From Bdellovibrionales bacterium (GTDB taxonomy: Bacteria > Bdellovibrionota > Bdellovibrionia > Bdellovibrionales > JAMPXM01), in contig JAYUEN010000155.1 of NCBI GenBank assembly GCA_043739185.1, forward strand, positions 52,962-116,961: a stretch of DNA of 64,000 nucleotides, written 5' to 3'. A program made the translations under genes and the position numbers. The notes beneath the pieces were generated by a model. That model did no database searches. It was given only the letters and a program-made list of their open reading frames with translations, and had not been told where the DNA came from. Positions 19,888-30,503 of this stretch are shown one piece after another; within the stretch, counting starts at the first letter, position 1; each line of letters starts with the position of its first letter.

Positions 19888-22419
19888 TCAATGTCCTCTT
19901 TGGTCAATAATTCTTAAGAGTTTACCGCTACCGGCTGATCTTACAAATTGAGTTTTGTCTGCGGGTTTAATTATAAGTTCAAGCGACTTCTCATCGGTCA
20001 CAAGTTCGAAAAGATCAGGATACTTAACCAGCAGTGCATTTTTGATTTCTTCAATGCTAAGCTTTGGATTGGCTGCAAGCACTGAATGATCAAGAACCAA
20101 AGTCAATTGATCGAGAGTTTTGGGCTTGGTTAAAATAATTTGATACTCATGAGAGTATGAAAACTCATTGGCTAGCACTTGGCCAAATTTATTGTAATTT
20201 AAAAAAGCTCCGGCAGCGCGAAAGATGTCTCCATGGCGTCCTAGCAGCTCAAATCTGGGAGAAAGACGCCCGCATTTGCAAGGTTCTTTCACCCAAGTAC
20301 CTAAGTCGCCTAGATCGTAGCGTAGCAGATTGAGTCCTTGGCGACCATAGCTCGTAAATACCAGGCGACCTGGTTCAGAGGCTTTTACTGGAAGCTCATT
20401 TTCTAAATTGAGTATCTCGAGATGATGAAGATATTGATGGAGGTGATGAACTCCCGGCTCACAATAAAGACATTGATAGCCGAGAGGGCCCATATCAACG
20501 CTACCATAAGTGGCCGAAATAATCGACTGAATGCCAAAGTCCTTTTTAAATCTCTCAATTTGCTTTTTATTAAAAGCTTCGCCGCCATAAAATATCTTTT
20601 CGACAACCGGATGCTTTTTAAATAGTGCAGCTTGGGAATCAAAAAGCAGGGTGAGGTAGGAGGGCATTCCCATTAAAACATTCACTTTATTTTTGACGAT
20701 GATATTTGCGACATATTCAAAATCCATATGAGCAGTCATCGGAAACTGCACCGCCTTTAAATCTTCAAGAACTGAAAAGATACTCAAAAAACTTCCGTAC
20801 AAACCGCCACTGAAAAAAAGATTCATACATTTATCAGTTGCGGGATTGAGACCAGCAGCAAGCAGGCCGTCAGAGGCAAAGCGCATTTGTCGGTGATAAT
20901 CGAGATAGGTAAAAACTGATATCTTGGGCTCGCCTGAGCTTCCGCCGCTTTTGAAATACAATTCGGCGGCATCAGCAGGTGGAGTCATTTTCTGAAAATC
21001 TTCTTTGGTCATCAGGCGATTTGGCAAATTGATGAGCTCAATTTTATTGAGATGCAAATCATCAAGAGTGGCATATTGATTGATTTCGACATTCTGTTGC
21101 AGGCTGACCTTTTTCATATAGCGGGTTAATGCAGAAACTCCGTCGTGTGGCTCGCCAGCATAACTATCGAGCATTTCACCAAGGGGACGAATACGTGTGA
21201 CGCCAGCTTTAAAGAGAATTTGCATGAGTTCAAAGAGTTCATTTCTTTCACAGGAAAGTCCTGCGGTTTGCAAATATTGACTCAAAGGTCGTAAATGTGA
21301 AAGCAACTGCTGGCGCTTTATAGGCTTTAGCCAAATGCTGCGATACAGAGGTGATGCCCTAAGCCCCGGGCGACTGTCAATTAAGATACGCCATTTGCGA
21401 TCAGGATCTTCAATGACCTTAGTGAAGTTTCGCGAAAGCGCACTCTCGGTTTCATTCACCAATACGACTCTTGAGATTTCGGCACTCTCAAGACCCTCTG
21501 GCATATTGAGCTTTTGAAGTTTCGCTCGCTTTTCAAAAGCCAATTTTAAAACCTGTGCGAATTCTTCGAGCTGTTCAAAACTTGCATCTTCAATAAAAAC
21601 GCACTGTGGAGAAGAGCAGGCTTGTTGATCAAAGAGAAAAACATCGGTTGCAATGAGCTCGGCTAAATTCGCATCTGTTAGTTTTTTCTGGGTCAGATAA
21701 GAAAAAGAAATGCGATGGCCCCATTCAATTAGGCGTGCTCTCGCTGGCGTCATTTTTCGAATTTCAATCAAAGACTCTTCTCCGCCCCAGGCGACGACGC
21801 CATCTGCTTCGTCCAATATAGATTGAAGAAGTGTTTTTTCAGAGGACGAGATTTTGGCAATAATCAGTAACTGTTGCCAGCATTTTGCGACCGGGTCTCT
21901 GAAAAATTCTTCAAAAAATAAAATTGTGAAATCACTGCTACTTTTACTGAGTTTAATAAAATTAATATTTCCGGTTAGGAGACCTTCAAAGGCGCTGAGA
22001 ACTGCTAGCGAAGGAGAGTTTGCAGCTAGAAACTGCACTAGGAAACCAAGCGGGCACCAGGCTTCAAAGATGGGAAATTGCCGAGAGACTTTTTGCGAGC
22101 GAAAAGGGTTGTCTGAGCCGAACTCTGAATACATTTTTGCGCGAAGTGCTTTTTCTTCGATGAATTGCTTGATTTCATTTAGGGCTATAGTGGCATCTTC
22201 AGAATTGCATTCACCTGAATCGACCAATGATTTGACCAAATGATTTCGCAGCTTTTGATCGGAAATTAATTTTTGTGAAAAGCGATCGCAGGCGCGATAA
22301 AATTCGTCAATATTAAATGCAACATCGTGACCTTTAAAAATATATTCGTTAAGGCGAACGCAGCGCTTTTCAAGTTCAATATTTGATATGAGGTCGCCTT
22401 GCCAGAAGTTTTGACTCAT
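19888..22419 (-). CDS. LuxC-type acyl-CoA/acyl-protein reductase fused to a PaaK-like adenylation domain
   Basis: N-terminal WGG, WGHRISF, FDQQACSSPQ (catalytic Cys), LQTAGL and HDG. C-terminal FKSGGSSG, YGSVD, RYDLGD and GKLLRIIDQR. Confidence 0.88.
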   Translation of the reverse strand: MSQNFWQGDLISNIELEKRCVRLNEYIFKGHDVAFNIDEFYRACDRFSQKLISDQKLRNHLVKSLVDSGECNSEDATIALNEIKQFIEEKALRAKMYSEFGSDNPFRSQKVSRQFPIFEAWCPLGFLVQFLAANSPSLAVLSAFEGLLTGNINFIKLSKSSSDFTILFFEEFFRDPVAKCWQQLLIIAKISSSEKTLLQSILDEADGVVAWGGEESLIEIRKMTPARARLIEWGHRISFSYLTQKKLTDANLAELIATDVFLFDQQACSSPQCVFIEDASFEQLEEFAQVLKLAFEKRAKLQKLNMPEGLESAEISRVVLVNETESALSRNFTKVIEDPDRKWRILIDSRPGLRASPLYRSIWLKPIKRQQLLSHLRPLSQYLQTAGLSCERNELFELMQILFKAGVTRIRPLGEMLDSYAGEPHDGVSALTRYMKKVSLQQNVEINQYATLDDLHLNKIELINLPNRLMTKEDFQKMTPPADAAELYFKSGGSSGEPKISVFTYLDYHRQMRFASDGLLAAGLNPATDKCMNLFFSGGLYGSFLSIFSVLEDLKAVQFPMTAHMDFEYVANIIVKNKVNVLMGMPSYLTLLFDSQAALFKKHPVVEKIFYGGEAFNKKQIERFKKDFGIQSIISATYGSVDMGPLGYQCLYCEPGVHHLHQYLHHLEILNLENELPVKASEPGRLVFTSYGRQGLNLLRYDLGDLGTWVKEPCKCGRLSPRFELLGRHGDIFRAAGAFLNYNKFGQVLANEFSYSHEYQIILTKPKTLDQLTLVLDHSVLAANPKLSIEEIKNALLVKYPDLFELVTDEKSLELIIKPADKTQFVRSAGSGKLLRIIDQRGH

Positions 22420-23576
22420 GAAAAACTCCTGAGCATTTCAGATGCCGCAATGGCACAGCTCTTATTTTTTGAAATGCCTGCGCGTCCTAGAATGCTGAAC
22501 CAATCGGTCGCAATATCGCAGCCACAATCTTGGGGCGGATGCAATATAGCCAAGTCACCCATCATGATAGAGTGCGCTGGGATCGAAGTTATGTAGGGGG
22601 AAATAAAATGCAAAAAGCCTTGCTTGCCATAGCCGAGAGGTTTCAGAGTTGAGAGGTCGCGAATGATGACTTTCGAATAGACGGGCACATGAAAGTTGTG
22701 ATTGCGACATTCTACATAGGGGATTGAATGTTCGACACTGCCAAACCCATCGCGTAGGCGTTCATTGGGAATACCAAGTTGGGCCTCTGTAATTTTGTAA
22801 AAGTCCCGTTTATTGATTTCTTGATTGCTATGACCCTTCCAGCCGCCTCCTAAAAATACCAATGAATCAGAATGAAGTTTGAGTGCCGGGAGGCCAAGGT
22901 CAATCATGCGTTGAATGGTAAAATAAAAAAATGCCGGAAAGCCAAATATGCGAACTGGTAATGATTGCTCGGCAAAACTTTGAAGCGCTCGTATGCAGCC
23001 ATACAAATCAAAATCATGTCCGCCTTTGCCATTTGATTTCAGTGCATAAACGACTTCTTGAGGAGGGGAATATTTTAGAAGAAAGTTGTCGGTATAAGAC
23101 GTCCCCAATTTGAGATTTGGCTGGGGCTCGTATGAGTAGAGCAAATAATTGGATGGCTGCTTGGTTGTCCATTTGTATTCTGCGAAGATGGCATCGACCA
23201 TGAGTTGCGCACAACCGAGGCTCCACTCATCAAAAAAAATCTGAGATTTTTGGCCAGTGGTTCCTGAAGAAGTTAAATGAAGGATGACATCTTGATCTGG
23301 AATAGATTTGACTTCGTGAAGTTTGAAAAAATCTGCCGGAATTATTGGAATATTTTCTAGATCTCCTTGCCAGTTCTCAATGCTGAAATTGAGTTTCTTA
23401 AGCAGGCTTGCATAGAAGCTCGATTTTTCTCGATGCCAAGTCATGATTTCTTTCATGGATTCTCGAAAAATCTCTTCATATTTTTCAGGCTGCGAATAAG
23501 GGCGCTCAAGCGTACAAAGTAACTGTGTATTTTTAAGTTTTAGTGGGGCCGGGGTTTTTAGCTCAGCTTTCTTCAT
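22416..23576 (-). CDS. luxE: LuxE-family acyl-protein synthetase
   Basis: LTSSGTTGQKS, GGGWK, D.FGSVE and C-terminal LGRA......SC with the acyl-accepting Cys. GGAG RBS before ATG 23576. Confidence 0.85.
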   Translation of the reverse strand: MKKAELKTPAPLKLKNTQLLCTLERPYSQPEKYEEIFRESMKEIMTWHREKSSFYASLLKKLNFSIENWQGDLENIPIIPADFFKLHEVKSIPDQDVILHLTSSGTTGQKSQIFFDEWSLGCAQLMVDAIFAEYKWTTKQPSNYLLYSYEPQPNLKLGTSYTDNFLLKYSPPQEVVYALKSNGKGGHDFDLYGCIRALQSFAEQSLPVRIFGFPAFFYFTIQRMIDLGLPALKLHSDSLVFLGGGWKGHSNQEINKRDFYKITEAQLGIPNERLRDGFGSVEHSIPYVECRNHNFHVPVYSKVIIRDLSTLKPLGYGKQGFLHFISPYITSIPAHSIMMGDLAILHPPQDCGCDIATDWFSILGRAGISKNKSCAIAASEMLRSFS

Positions 23577-24741
23577 CAAAAACTCCAAGGACTTCAAGAT
23601 GCATGGTTTTCCAAAGTTTTACATATTGGTCAATGTATGGCCGGAAGGACTTTTCAAGATGCATGCCGCGAAAATTAAGTGGCTCCATACTTCGAGACAT
23701 CAGTACCATATCGATCAAATTTTCTTTGTCCTGAACCATGGCGGGATAAATTGCAGAAGGTAAAAAATTAACATCAAGTAGAGCTTCAAGACCCAAAATA
23801 TTATCTACTTTAGTGAGAACTTCGACATACGAAACACCGTAATCTGAAAGTTGTTGCATAAGAGGTCTAAGTCGGCCGGCCATACTAAAAAGCGGCTGAG
23901 TATTGGCAACCCACGCACAATAACCGTCGGCTTCACTGAGGTAGCCAAAGATATCGACTTCACCATTCTTTGCACTCATAAGAAAATTTGGCATATGAAA
24001 GGGATAGAAGCGATCTAGCGGCTCTGAAAACGCCTCATAAAATTTGCGCTTCACATATTTAGGTGCATGAATAAATTCAAATTCAAGTTTTTCACCCGTC
24101 GGCTGAGGTTTAACCATTTTGAGAAGTTTTGGGGCGGGATGTTTGCTTTTAATGAGCTTGCCCATTGCTTTGATAATGGGACCCAAGGCCTCTGGAACTT
24201 CTTTGACTGCACTTCTTCGATCTAAAATTTTTGGCCGAAATTTAGCCATCAAAGTAAGAGTTTCATAAATGGCAAGTCGATGTGCGTTTGGGAATATGCC
24301 CAAAGGAATATAGCCATCTCTTAGCACTGCCAATTGCGGAGCAAGGTTAAGTGTTCGAGTGGTGGTATAGACAGAATTGATCCCGCTTTTTTCACTGAGC
24401 AGAAAAGTCGAGCCGTAGTTTAATAAGGCAAAACCAATTCCTCTTTTTTGATGATCTTGGCTTACGACCAAGCCTTCGGTTCTTGCTATTTTATAAAAGC
24501 GATCCACTTCAAATACGCAAGACCCACAAATTTCCTTTGTCTTATTATCGACAGCGAGAATCCAAAGATCATCAGGATCAATTATAATTCGAGTCATTTC
24601 ATTGCGGTCTGTCCCGAGGGCGAGCGGATAAGTTGAGCCATAAATTTGAAAGTACAGAGTCAAAAGTTCTTGAGTATCATCGAGCTCGGCTCGTCTGATA
24701 AAATAACCCTTCCCTGAATCAATTTGTTCACCATGTTCCAT
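23563..24741 (-). CDS. GNAT acetyl/acyltransferase with a C-terminal extension
   Basis: IRRAELDD and LVVSQDHQKRGIG acyl-CoA motif A. TAATG coupling to the upstream MFS. Confidence 0.8.
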   Translation of the reverse strand: MEHGEQIDSGKGYFIRRAELDDTQELLTLYFQIYGSTYPLALGTDRNEMTRIIIDPDDLWILAVDNKTKEICGSCVFEVDRFYKIARTEGLVVSQDHQKRGIGFALLNYGSTFLLSEKSGINSVYTTTRTLNLAPQLAVLRDGYIPLGIFPNAHRLAIYETLTLMAKFRPKILDRRSAVKEVPEALGPIIKAMGKLIKSKHPAPKLLKMVKPQPTGEKLEFEFIHAPKYVKRKFYEAFSEPLDRFYPFHMPNFLMSAKNGEVDIFGYLSEADGYCAWVANTQPLFSMAGRLRPLMQQLSDYGVSYVEVLTKVDNILGLEALLDVNFLPSAIYPAMVQDKENLIDMVLMSRSMEPLNFRGMHLEKSFRPYIDQYVKLWKTMHLEVLGVFDEES

Positions 24742-25952
24742 TACAAAAGCTCCTTGCCCCATTTTTGAAATGGCAGCCAACTCAATAGACATACTGAAGT
24801 TAAAGCGTAGGCACTGATTTTACAGATCTCACTAATTGTAAAAGTGGCTTGAAGTGCGCCTGCTAAAATTAGAGAAATGGGCACTGCAGCTGAGCTAATG
24901 AGATTTACATAACTCATAATCTGCGGAACGAATTCGGGACGGGGCTGACTTTGAAAAATATTGAGAATTAAAATATTAGCAAGCCCTACAAAAAGCCCGA
25001 GTAAACCGAGAAGAATAGCGGCTAACCAAAGATTGAGAGAATATTGAAAAGCCAAAAAAGTGAGTGCCACTCCGACTAAAAAAAGCCATGTAAAAAAAAG
25101 TGTCCGCTTTGAAATTGTAAATATGCTCAGCAAAATCCCGCCTGCTGAAATCCCAAAACCGAGCCCGCCCTCCATGGTAGCAAGAGCATTGAAGCTCCCA
25201 GAAAAAAGATTGCGGGCCATTGAGGGCACCAATATTTGCAGCGGAATCGTAAGCAAATTCATTAGCAAAAAAACCACAAGCATCGAATAAATAAGCGGCG
25301 AGATTCCGACGTTCTTTTTTGCTGGAGGCTCTTGAACAATGTGCGAAGTTTCGGGGTTTACAAGTTCTGGTTTTAAAATTCTTGATCTTAAAAGCCAACC
25401 ACAGAAACCTGAAGTTAAATAAAAAATACTTGCCAAAATAAAGAGGCCGCGAAGACCTAAGATTTGAAAACAAAAAATTCCGGCGATGGGCCCGAGGACA
25501 CTTGTTAAAGAGCCAATAGCAGAAAGTTTTGCTGTTAGCTTTTGAATTTGTACTCCACGAGCAATTTCAAGCGGCAGGCTAAAAATCGCAGGATTGAAAA
25601 AGGCAGCCATCGAATTGCTAGCAAAAATTATCGCCATGACCTGATAGAGCTCGCTTGGCTGGGCAATTCCAGTCAAAAGCATACTCGCAATACCATAAAT
25701 GATGGAGCGTATCCAATCAGACGCAATGACGACATTTAAGGCTCCAAAGATTTGAATTATTTTTGCATTTAAGGCGAAGAATAAGAGGTGCGGAATTCCG
25801 CCTATAACTAAATACCAAGTCACCCATGTGTCACCAAAGTTTTTTGAGATGATCCAGATGAGTCCGATGCTGAGCATGCGATCCGAGAGTTGCGCAAGCA
25901 ATTGCCCGATGAGTAAAATCCAATTTGGAGAGGCTCGAAATTTTATTCGCAT
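24741..25952 (-). CDS. MFS transporter (DHA3 / macrolide-efflux-like)
   Basis: GQLLAQLSD, SDWIR and AFFNPA motifs, about 12 TM segments. Confidence 0.85.
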   Translation of the reverse strand: MRIKFRASPNWILLIGQLLAQLSDRMLSIGLIWIISKNFGDTWVTWYLVIGGIPHLLFFALNAKIIQIFGALNVVIASDWIRSIIYGIASMLLTGIAQPSELYQVMAIIFASNSMAAFFNPAIFSLPLEIARGVQIQKLTAKLSAIGSLTSVLGPIAGIFCFQILGLRGLFILASIFYLTSGFCGWLLRSRILKPELVNPETSHIVQEPPAKKNVGISPLIYSMLVVFLLMNLLTIPLQILVPSMARNLFSGSFNALATMEGGLGFGISAGGILLSIFTISKRTLFFTWLFLVGVALTFLAFQYSLNLWLAAILLGLLGLFVGLANILILNIFQSQPRPEFVPQIMSYVNLISSAAVPISLILAGALQATFTISEICKISAYALTSVCLLSWLPFQKWGKELL

Positions 25953-26067
25953 TCCCAATATTTTAGCTTACTTAGAGCCGGTGGCAATGAGTATACTAAG
26001 GCCACGATTTTTGACGGCCTTAGGTCGAGGTCATTTTATTGAGTCGATCGCTCTGCCGATCGGCAGT

Positions 26068-27282
26068 CTAGCTGGCGCTAAATTTAAAATTGTGGCGAAA
26101 TTTAATGAGTCCGGTTGCGCCAATTAAAATCCAAATACTTCCGGCTAAAGCGAATACCACTTGAACGCTCAATAGACGAAAAATGAGAGGGGAAAACAGC
26201 ATCAGTAAAAGTGTGGCCATCGTATCTGTAACAATTCGCAGGCGAAAAACTCGACTGATTTCATCAATCGGAAAACGCGCTTGAATCATATCTGAAAAAG
26301 TCACTTCATTCATAGTGCCGCTAAAGGCAGTGATCGCAGTAGCTATCATGATGGTATAAATATTTTCGCAATTCGCAATACAAACAAAGCCGATTCCCAA
26401 CCAAATATAGCCTGCAAACATCATAAGTGCTGGACGCAGTCTCTGAAGATTTCCGAAATAAAGCGCACCCAAAAAATTGCCAATTCCATAGGAGGCAACA
26501 ACCAGACCGAAAGACCTGGCGCTATTAGGTGCGAGTGATTGAACGCGCAAAGCAAAGCCAAGAGCGTAGACCAAATTCCAAGTGCTGCCGGTGACTGCCT
26601 TAGAGAAAATGATAAAGCCCATATCTTTTTGCTTTTGAACCGCATGCACACCAGACAAAATGGCTTGTAAATAAGTTCCTCGAGAAGATTTTTTGACTGC
26701 GTGAGGGGCGGCGGCTCCTAGACTTCGAACTGATGCGGCTGAAAAAATAAAACTTAATGAATCAAGACTAAAGAAATGAATCGGCGGCACAATACCAGCA
26801 AGAATGCCAACGATGGCAGGACCAAGCATACGTGCCATGCGAAGAGTTGTTGTCATCAAGCCAGTGGCAGCTCTTAATAGTTGCATATCAGGACAAAACT
26901 GCGGAAGTAAAGTTTGCAGGGCAGGATCAAAAAAAGCTCCAAGGCCTGAAACAATGATAGCAACAACCACTAAGAGCGAAAACGGAACTTGGGTAAAAAA
27001 AGAAACGACAACGGGAATTAAAATAATAAGAGCGCGAATGAGGTCAACGCGAATCATGGTCTTAAGCGGGTCCCAATGATCCGCCCACTTCCCGCCTATA
27101 AAACTTAGTATCATGAGTGCTGCGTATTGCGCGGCATTTAGATAGCCAGTATCGGCGCCAATAAGACCTACTGCTAGCCACGTAAGTCCGACTCGGTAAA
27201 TTTCGTCTCCAACGGCTGAGAGGGCTTGGCCGAGCCAGAGTCGTAAAATGGCGGCGTCTTTTAACGCCCTAAGCATGAGCAC
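26068..27282 (-). CDS. MFS transporter (DHA3-like)
   Basis: LWLGQALSAVGD, GGKWADHW, DLIR and AFFDPA motifs. Confidence 0.88.
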   Translation of the reverse strand: MLMLRALKDAAILRLWLGQALSAVGDEIYRVGLTWLAVGLIGADTGYLNAAQYAALMILSFIGGKWADHWDPLKTMIRVDLIRALIILIPVVVSFFTQVPFSLLVVVAIIVSGLGAFFDPALQTLLPQFCPDMQLLRAATGLMTTTLRMARMLGPAIVGILAGIVPPIHFFSLDSLSFIFSAASVRSLGAAAPHAVKKSSRGTYLQAILSGVHAVQKQKDMGFIIFSKAVTGSTWNLVYALGFALRVQSLAPNSARSFGLVVASYGIGNFLGALYFGNLQRLRPALMMFAGYIWLGIGFVCIANCENIYTIMIATAITAFSGTMNEVTFSDMIQARFPIDEISRVFRLRIVTDTMATLLLMLFSPLIFRLLSVQVVFALAGSIWILIGATGLIKFRHNFKFSAS

Positions 27283-27301
27283 AACGAAACTTAACTTATT
27301 T

Positions 27302-27601
27302 TCAACTGCCTACTTTCCCGCTGCCAAATTTTGGATGTTTTGCTTTGCATGCCGAAATAGTTTTGGCGTCAATTATTGGTAAAGGCTTACTAGCGCCCGG
27401 AACACTGGTTACTCCCTGAATGATTGGGTCGACACAGTCCCTCCAGAGTCCGTCACCCTTTTTCCAATCGCCTTTTATAAAGCCGGCCGCGGTGCAGGCA
27501 TCGGCAATTTGTTTGCAGGCACCCGGAAGGGCAGTAGCTTCACCAGCAGCAAAAGAAAGGCTTGAACAAAAAATCAGTGTCAAAACGAATATTGTTTTCA
27601 T
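27302..27601 (-). CDS. Small secreted four-Cys protein
   Basis: AGGAG RBS, signal peptide ending SFA, four Cys in the mature part. Confidence 0.7.
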   Translation of the reverse strand: MKTIFVLTLIFCSSLSFAAGEATALPGACKQIADACTAAGFIKGDWKKGDGLWRDCVDPIIQGVTSVPGASKPLPIIDAKTISACKAKHPKFGSGKVGS

Positions 27602-27807
27602 AATAATTTCTCCTGTTATATGAGGGCACACCTTGTTGTTAGATTAAAATAAAATTAATATTTTTGGCAATGAGATTCTAATTTGCCCCCTTGTGACCAA
27701 TTTTACCCCCTTTTGCAGTGTCTGGGATAAACAGTTGCGATCTATCTTGGCATGAGCGATGCACCGATATTGGTAAGCAATTCGAGCGTAAATTGAGGAG
27801 GTGGCAA

Positions 27808-28329
27808 ATGGCTGAGTTATCTGCGCAGAACTTCATGTCCGAGCACTTGATTTCAGTTTTGTGGAGTGCGGACCTTCAAAGTTCATTTGAAAAAATGAAG
27901 AGCCGTAATTTTCGCCACCTGCCTGTCGTCTCAGAGAATAATGAAGTGGTCGGTATAATTTCAGATCGCGACTTTCAAAGAGCAATGCAAATCGACGAAG
28001 CTGACTACTTTTCGAGTCGAGTCGCCTGCGCCAGTTTTGATCCCCAGGCAAAAGTTCGCGATTATATGTGTTGGCCGGTTCAGACGATTTCAGAAGAGTG
28101 CTCGATTGTCGAAGTCGCGCATATGATGATAGCGAAGAAAATTTCTGCAGTTCTGGTTTCACGTCAGAGCACAATAATTGGCATTTTAACTACCGAAGAT
28201 ATGCTTCGCGCCCTCATCGAGAATCTAGAGTCAAAAAGCTCACATCCTGTTCAAGAGAGGCTCACGTCAATGTTTTTTAATTCTCCGGCAAGGGGACTCG
28301 CGGATCTGGCGGGTCAGACCGGCATTTAG
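27808..28329 (+). CDS. CBS-pair domain protein
   Basis: FRHLPVV...GIISDRD and GILTTED motifs. GAGGAGG RBS. Confidence 0.9.
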   Translation: MAELSAQNFMSEHLISVLWSADLQSSFEKMKSRNFRHLPVVSENNEVVGIISDRDFQRAMQIDEADYFSSRVACASFDPQAKVRDYMCWPVQTISEECSIVEVAHMMIAKKISAVLVSRQSTIIGILTTEDMLRALIENLESKSSHPVQERLTSMFFNSPARGLADLAGQTGI

Positions 28330-28351
28330 GAGAATTGCCTATGGAGCCTCT

Positions 28352-28390
28352 ATCAGGGGTGCGGCGCTAAAAGAGGCCGCACTTCCTGGT
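28352..28390 (+). terminator. GC-rich hairpin downstream of the CBS gene
   Basis: CAGGGGTGCGGC...GCCGCACTTCCTG imperfect stem without a clear U-tract. Confidence 0.4.
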
Positions 28391-28583
28391 AAAGTTAGGG
28401 GTGTGGACTTTGTATATAATTTCTTAATGAAAATTTACTTTTTGTTAATTGTCTTAAGCTAACTTTAATAAATAGTTGGTTATTGAGTTTCGACGGGAAA
28501 ATTTTATTTTGAAAGCTTAAATTCACTGGATTTTTGGATTGCTAGCGAGTACTGTGAATTTTGTGAAAAATGAGCAAAAGAGC

Positions 28584-30503
28584 ATGAATCAATATTTGGA
28601 ATGTTTCTTCATTGTAGAATTCAATGGCTTTGTTCGCGCCTGGAGTTCTGCAGCTGAAAACATTTTAGGTTGGCGAAAAGAAGAAATTGAAGGCCAGAGT
28701 TTTTTTGAAAAATTGGTCGCGAAATCATCAATATCAGACGGCAAAAAAATATTAAGAGGTTTTTCAAATCTTAAGCCTGGCTGCATTTTCTCCCAAACTG
28801 ATAAGCTTAAGCTCGTGCATTCAAGTGGCAGCGAAATTGGCTTTAATATGGTTTTGAGTTATGGCGGCATTCAGCCTGAAATTCATATCGTAGCAAAGAG
28901 GGCTTTGGGCTTTCAAAGCGATTCAACTTATAAAGATCAAAATGAGTTCAGCGTCGAAACTATTTTAAATGCGCTTCCGATCTCGGTCTCATATGTTGAT
29001 AAAGATTATTGTTTTCGCTATGTAAATTCAAATTATTCAAAATGGCGAAACTTAAGTAAGGAACAAATTGTTGGAAGGAGTGTCTTCGAACACATGGATC
29101 CTGAAACCTACAAAGTCGCAAAATCTCAGATGGAAAGAGTCCTCGCGGGTCAAGTTGTAAATTATGAATTCCAACTCGAATACTTTGATGGGCCGAGATA
29201 TCTCGATGCGACCTTACTTCCTGATTTTGACCAAGAGCAAAAGGTAAGAGGATATACGGCCGTTCTCATTGATATTTCGGAACGCCAAAACAGAATTGAT
29301 TCACTTCGCAAGAGCAAGCTTGAAAATGAAGTTGCAAATAATGCCAAAGATACATTTTTGGCAAATATGTCGCATGAATTTCGCAGCCCACTTGGAGTTA
29401 TTTTGGGTTTTTCTGAATTGCTCGCAAAGCCTGATCTGCAAGCGGCAGAGAGAATGCAATATATTGAAAGCATCAAGCGCAACGGCCGCTTCCTGTCTAA
29501 AATCATCGAGGATATTTTAGATCTATCAAAGGTGGAGGCCGGAAAGCTTGAAATCAATAAGACCAATGTGAAGCTTGGTGAAATTATTGAAGACATTCAT
29601 TCAATGATTCAATTGAAAGCCAAAGATAAAAACTTGATCCTTGATTTCAAAATTGATCCGGATGTTCCTGAATTTGTTTTTACTGATTCTTTGCGCTTGG
29701 TTCAGATTTTATTGAATATCATTGGCAATGCCATCAAGTTCACAGAATCGGGGGGCGTATCAGTTCGTGTCGGCTATGAAAAGCTCAATGAGCAACACGA
29801 GGAACTATGCTTTATTGTTGAAGATACCGGCTGTGGCATTTGCCCAAGTAAAGTTTCGAATTTGTTTTTACCTTTTTCGCAGGTAGATGATTCGATAGTA
29901 CGCAAAGCTTCTGGTACGGGGCTTGGATTGGTTTTATCAAAAAAACTTGCTCACCTTCTCGGCGGAAATCTTATTTTGGAGAAAAGTGTTTTAGGTAGAG
30001 GTAGTATTTTTAAAATCAGCATTGATCCCGAACTCAACAAGCTTTTGAATATTGAGCGCACAGAAGCTGAAATAGGCGCCGGCTTATCTGATAAGCTAAA
30101 AAAAACGCAGCATCGCCTTAAGGGTTTCAATATACTGCTTGCTGAAGACAATTTGGACAACCAAGTATTACTTCGAAGCTTTTTAGGCCAAGAGGGTGGC
30201 CAACTCGATATCGCTGAAAACGGGAAAGTTGCTTTAAGGAAATTGCGTGAAAAGAAATATGATGTCATCATTATGGATGTGCAAATGCCCATTTTGTGTG
30301 GCGACGAAGCCATTGTGATTGCTCGTGCCGAAGGTACTCAGACACCAGCCCTTGCTTTAACGGCTCATTCGTTGCGAAATACTCAAAAGCATCTTTTGGA
30401 TATTGGCTTTAACGAATTTTGCGCTAAACCATTTAATAAAGAAGAACTCATCGAAAAAATTGCTTTTCTTTGTCAAAATAATATGAGCCATATGAGCTTG
30501 TGA
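28584..30503 (+). CDS. Cytoplasmic PAS-PAS hybrid histidine kinase with receiver domain
   Basis: FLANMSHEFRSPL H-box, NAIKFT, DTGCG, GTGLGL, and a receiver with AED...MDVQMP...KP. Start uncertain. Confidence 0.93.
   Translation: MNQYLECFFIVEFNGFVRAWSSAAENILGWRKEEIEGQSFFEKLVAKSSISDGKKILRGFSNLKPGCIFSQTDKLKLVHSSGSEIGFNMVLSYGGIQPEIHIVAKRALGFQSDSTYKDQNEFSVETILNALPISVSYVDKDYCFRYVNSNYSKWRNLSKEQIVGRSVFEHMDPETYKVAKSQMERVLAGQVVNYEFQLEYFDGPRYLDATLLPDFDQEQKVRGYTAVLIDISERQNRIDSLRKSKLENEVANNAKDTFLANMSHEFRSPLGVILGFSELLAKPDLQAAERMQYIESIKRNGRFLSKIIEDILDLSKVEAGKLEINKTNVKLGEIIEDIHSMIQLKAKDKNLILDFKIDPDVPEFVFTDSLRLVQILLNIIGNAIKFTESGGVSVRVGYEKLNEQHEELCFIVEDTGCGICPSKVSNLFLPFSQVDDSIVRKASGTGLGLVLSKKLAHLLGGNLILEKSVLGRGSIFKISIDPELNKLLNIERTEAEIGAGLSDKLKKTQHRLKGFNILLAEDNLDNQVLLRSFLGQEGGQLDIAENGKVALRKLREKKYDVIIMDVQMPILCGDEAIVIARAEGTQTPALALTAHSLRNTQKHLLDIGFNEFCAKPFNKEELIEKIAFLCQNNMSHMSL

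Noticed and set aside
19888..23576. Bioluminescence operon
   Set aside because: No luxA, luxB, luxD or luxG in the window, and LuxC is fused to an extra ligase domain.
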